Part shown: positions 61,062-64,000 of the stretch, in pieces | How the letters are laid out: each line of letters begins with the position of its first letter | Position numbering within the stretch: the first letter of the stretch is position 1 | DNA from: Macrostomum lignano | Lineage: Eukaryota | Reading direction: 5' to 3' | DNA length: 64,000 bases | Assembly: GCA_002269645.1 (NCBI GenBank) | Contig: NIVC01000663.1 | Span: 62,001-126,000, forward strand | Program-made: the position numbers and the translations under genes | Notes under the pieces: generated by a model | Seen by the model: the letters and a program-made list of their open reading frames with translations, nothing else | Databases searched by the model: none | Told to the model about the DNA's origin: nothing

Positions 61062-63675
61062 CTACATAAAACCAAAGTTCACAGGTCGCTTCATCGCTAC
61101 CACCATTGGCGAACCTGACAAATCTGTCATTTCAACAGATTTTTGTACTTCTGGAGGACCAGCTGGTCGCCGATTAATTCCCTCAAGAGCTGCCTTGTAT
61201 TCATCTTCATCTTTCTGAGGCAGCATCGGTTTCGCTGAAGACCGAGACCCGCGCCCTCGTTCCTCATGGAAGACTTCGAGGTTCATCATTAGCAAGGCTG
61301 AATTGTTGCGAGCTGGATGAAAGCAGAGGACGTATAGGTGCTTAGATATCGGACTATATATGCAAGAAAGTGGGGCACGGCTTAGGCGCAGAGTCTGTGC
61401 GTATCTCAACATTGGGTTGCCATGCGTTGACTCTGGATTAAAATGAAAGCAATGACAGCTCCAGCCAGCATCTTCGCCGCTCTCTCCTAAGTAGGTGAGC
61501 CAGCAGCGACCGCCAAAGCTACCAAGACCGCCAATGAGGGCTCCGTTGACGTTGCCACCAGCACCGCCACCAGCACCGCCACCAGCAACGCTACCAGCAC
61601 CACCACCAGCAACACTACCAGCACCACCACCAGCACCACCACCAGCAACACTACCAGCACCACCACCAGCACCACCACCAGCAACACTACCAGCACCGCC
61701 ACCAGCACCTCCACCAGCACCGTCACCAGCATTGCCATCGCCTCCATTACCTGCAGCACTAGCAACATAACTACCAACCGTTGCTGCCGAAGCTGCTGTC
61801 AAGTCTTCTTGGAAATGTCCGGCTGTCTGGTTGCCCTCCGGATAAACAGTCAGCAGTAACATATTGTGTTCCATCACAACTTCAATTGCCTTAAGACCGT
61901 TCTCGCAGCACAGGCCCTGCAAATAGTACGAAAAAAATCGTCAAAGAGGAATTTCTCCCGAAAAAGTTTTGCTGTCTGATTTTGACTTGACAGAAAATAC
62001 GAGGTAATCACAATTCGAGTCAAATTGTCACTCACCTGCATGTCCATCACGCAGAGGCTGCGATGCTCCTTTTCCAAATCGGCAATCTGGATGCTGCCCC
62101 ACTTCTCAGCAATGATCAGCAGATGCTTGTGCAGCTTCAATCGCCACGGCAGCTTAAGGCCTTCGAATAGGAAATTCTCCAACTTCAATCCAGATAGGCT
62201 AACTACAGCAATGTTGCTCTTGTTAGTGACATACAGATTGCTTTTGTTTAAGCCGGAGCCCGAGTTCGAAAACTCGCGAATGCAAACATCGTAGACGTAT
62301 TCGGAGATCGGCTCGGATAGTTTGTAGTTGCTCTCAGCCACCACCACTGGCCGGTCCTTGCGAAATCGGAACGCCTGGTCCGGTGCGACTCCACCGGTCG
62401 AGCTCTGGCTGCTGTTGCGGCTGCGAAATTTCAATACCAAATTTTATGCTGTACTTTCCTGTCCCCTTTGACTTTCCCCTGACTGCCAGCTTTCCTCCCC
62501 TGACTGTTAGCCCTCATCCCCTGACTGCCAGCCTTCCTCCCCTGACTGCCAGCCTTCCTCCCCTGACTGTCAGCCTTCCTCCCCTGACTGTCAGCCTTGC
62601 TCCCCTGTCAGTCCTCCTCCCCTGACCGTCAATCTTTCTTCTCCCTCCAATCCCCAGCAAGAGCCCCTCCCTGTAAAAGTACCTTAAGTTGTCCCGACGC
62701 CCCGACAGCAGGCTGGACTGTCGCTGGCCCGAGTCGGCGCCGCCGCTCGCCAAATCGGCGTCGATACCGCCGGAAGCGGCGGCGGCGTCGGCCTCAGCGG
62801 AGCAGCTGTAGAGCGACACGTGCAGCAGGCAGCCGAGCAGGGTGCAGGTGAACACGACGTTATCGCCGTTAGCCGACATGCAGAATCCGTCAGTCAGCTG
62901 GGGGAATTTGGGAAATCTGGCCAGCTCAGTCAGCGGCTTGATTGGCTGGCCGTTTAGCGGCTCGCTGTAGGCGATCATCACGTAGGCGTCGTCGTGCTGC
63001 TCGACGGTGACAAGGCAGGTCATAATCTCCGGACTGATTGACAACTCCTTTAAGAAGCAGTGAAATACCGGCCGCTCGATTGGGCACTCCTGCGAGGTGG
63101 CGGTGAAATTGAAATTCAGTTGAAATTATGCATTTAAATTTCAAGCCAAATCATCCGCGCCTGAGAAGACTGGCGCCCTCCCGCGGCGTTTCGTGTTTTC
63201 TACAATACGTAACTATCTGAGTTTTTGCTGTCATCAAATATGGAAGCTTTCTCTCTTTTCCTTCCGTCCAAACTATCCGAGTCGCGGCACAGAGCAGCAT
63301 GGGGACCCAAGTCAAAGAGAGTGTGACGGTTAGCCATAGCAGCTTGCTTCCTTGACTGCGGATCGCACTGTCGCACAGTGCCCAAACCCACTCAACGAAC
63401 TAATGAATACCCTAGATTACAACTCGCAGACGCACCTGCACCAGCTTCAGGTCCTTGAGTATCGGTTCCCTGTCTGCCCGTCCGTCATGACCAGCGTCGC
63501 CCTTGCCTGGGCCGCCTTTCGCTCGAACCAGGCCGAGCTGCTGAAGGTCCACCATCAGCTGGTCGGCCGTGTGAGGCGCCACTGTCGACTCCATCAGGCC
63601 GCCGTCCTGCTGCATCACTGGCCGCGGCACGTTCTTGTCGCTGCTCAGGTTGAACATGCACCTGACGTCGTCCAC
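61062..63675 (-). CDS. Uncharacterised protein, 5' end outside the window; exons 63675-63436, 63367-63209, 63089-62683, 62420-62036, 61916-61062; probable beta-propeller (NHL/WD-like) region with a Gly/Ala repeat insert
   Basis: Five exons join in frame through GT-AG junctions. Alternating short hydrophobic strands (LYVTNKSNIAVVSLSG, LLIIAEKWGSIQIADL, HLYVLCFHP) suggest a propeller; no family confidently recognised. Confidence 0.7.
62480..62625. repeat. 21-bp minisatellite (CCCCTGACTGCCAGCCTTCCT), intronic
   Basis: Directly visible. Confidence 0.9.
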
Positions 63676-63699
63676 CTGCGGGTGAGTGGAATTTAAGGA

Positions 63700-64000
63700 T
63701 GGAAATGGGAAATGTGGAATATGGGAAGTGGGGACTGAGAGTGGACAATGGAGAGTGAGGAATAGAGTGGGGAGCGGGGAATGGGGAATATGGAATGGGG
63801 AGTGGGGTATAGGGAGTCGGGAATGAAGAGTAGGGAATGGGGAGTAGGGAATGGAGAGTGGAATGGGAAATTGGGGATAGGAAATGGGAATGGGGAGTGG
63901 GGAATGGGGATTGCAAAATGTGGAGTTAAAAGTGGGGAATGGGGAATGCAAAATGTGGAGTTAGGAGTGGGGAATGGGGAATGGAATTGGAGAGTGGGGA
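63700..64000. repeat. Degenerate purine-rich repeat (GGGAATGGGGAGT-like), intronic
   Basis: Directly visible; runs off the window. Confidence 0.85.

Overview
Eukaryotic (metazoan) genomic DNA. The GC/CpG-rich exons and kilobase minisatellite-filled introns resemble a free-living flatworm such as Macrostomum; this is inference and cannot be proven from the window. Seven host genes can be assembled by hand with GT-AG junctions that keep the reading frame: an unrecognised 2-exon gene (-, 114-4201, with a possible alternative first exon), an intronless C/EBP bZIP gene (+), and five co-oriented minus-strand genes (MARCH6, reticulon, Raf kinase, HAP40/F8A and a truncated probable beta-propeller gene). 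Most long ORFs in the supplied track are artefacts of tandem repeats. Mobile elements supported by termini and target-site duplications (TSDs): a young 1.8-kb non-coding LTR element with identical LTRs and a tRNA-Lys primer site; a Mutator-like element (214-bp TIRs, 9-bp TSD) whose left TIR is interrupted 5 bp from its tip by a CMC/EnSpm-like element carrying an intact spliced coiled-coil/BEN-like gene; and two hAT MITEs. A Helitron-like element and a tRNA-derived SINE are less certain. Most interesting: the nested transposon and its cargo gene; the miniature LTR element; splice acceptors just upstream of the ATG in four co-oriented genes (candidate trans-spliced operon); a five-copy RFX X-box array behind reticulon; a uORF/GTG/internal-ATG layout in C/EBP; and sharply CpG-depleted domains.
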